In this document: in pieces, positions 63,258 to 64,000 of the stretch | Numbering within the stretch: the stretch's first letter is position 1 | Layout: every line of letters starts with the position of its first letter | Source: Mobula hypostoma | Lineage: Eukaryota | Assembly: GCF_963921235.1 (NCBI RefSeq) | Contig: NC_086097.1 | Coordinates: 182,592,001 to 182,656,000 of the forward strand | Direction: 5' to 3' | DNA length: 64,000 nt | Notes under the pieces: generated by a model | The model's input: the letters and a program-made list of their open reading frames with translations, nothing else | Database searches by the model: none | Told to the model about the DNA's origin: nothing | Translations under genes and position numbers: made by a program

Positions 63258-64000
63258 CTGGAACAGGGAAGTCATCACTGGAGCAGAGAGCAAGGGTGAG
63301 TGGGGAGCTTCTCATAGGGCATGGGAGAGGGACAGGGGGCGGGAGGGATGGCAAGAGAGGGTGAGGAGCTAATATGTGAGAAAGGGAGGGAGAGTGAGAG
63401 AGGAAGGAAGAACAATTACTCACAGGGTGTAAGAGAGGGTCATGGAGGGAGATGGAGAGCAGAGGGGACGGAGATGGGGTGGCCAGGACTGGAAATACTT
63501 GCAGTATGTGAGAGTGTGAGGTGTGTGAGAGACAGTGGGCGGGAAAGAGAGTGAGGGTGGGGGCAGGGGAAGCGAGAAGGGTGTGGGGAGGGATGGAAGG
63601 AGAGATGAAAAATGAGTATTGACAGGGTATGAGGGAGGGAAAAGGGAGCAAACAAGATACGAGAGAGAGAAAGGTATGGCAGGAGGAGAGAAAGGAACAT
63701 AATGTCTGAGAGATGGAGGGAGAGAGAGTTTGAATAGGGTGAGGAGAGAAATGTGACAGAGAGAGGGAGAGTGTGAAGGAGACAGAAAGTGGGAGAGTGG
63801 GTGATATGAGGTGGGGTACCATGGTCCAGAAGGTGAGATCACATGGGATACAGGTGAGCAGCCAGTGCAATACAGAACTGCCTTGGTGGTTGTGGTCAGA
63901 GAGTACGGTGGAGAGTTGTTGTTCACACTGGACCAGGAGTGCGTCACAGGGACTGGTGCTGGTGCTGGCTCCACTGTTATCACATACGGTAATAACAATT

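Noticed and set aside
63121..63998. Long Ser/Leu/Pro-rich minus-strand ORFs
   Set aside because: Low-complexity purine/pyrimidine-biased AOC1 intron sequence.

Overview
Eukaryotic, repeat-rich vertebrate DNA. The mix of CR1 LINEs, V-SINE/HE1-like SINEs, Penelope-like ends and Rex1/Babar suggests a cartilaginous fish (inference; the species cannot be determined). The + strand carries most of a KCNH2 (ERG1/hERG-type) voltage-gated K+ channel gene. Exons equivalent to human 2, 3 and 5-15 were traced with GT-AG sites and consistent phases from 8624 to the stop at 60513. A canonical exon 1 and an intact exon 4 were not found. Intron 5 holds a 38-codon alternative first exon (28110-28223), absent from the ORF track, that matches the mammalian ERG1b N-terminus. 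The last two exons of an AOC1-like copper amine oxidase lie convergently on the - strand, with the two stop codons only about 740 bp apart and the predicted poly(A) signals crossing. Other points of interest: a natural S641T-equivalent pore substitution, an exon-5 donor triplicated in frame by a 30-bp repeat, a nested Gypsy LTR relic with both LTRs, nested hAT MITEs and degenerate Penelope hammerhead motifs. Most long ORFs in the track are minisatellite or retrotransposon artefacts. Comparisons to human proteins are from memory, not from a computed alignment, and repeat boundaries are approximate.
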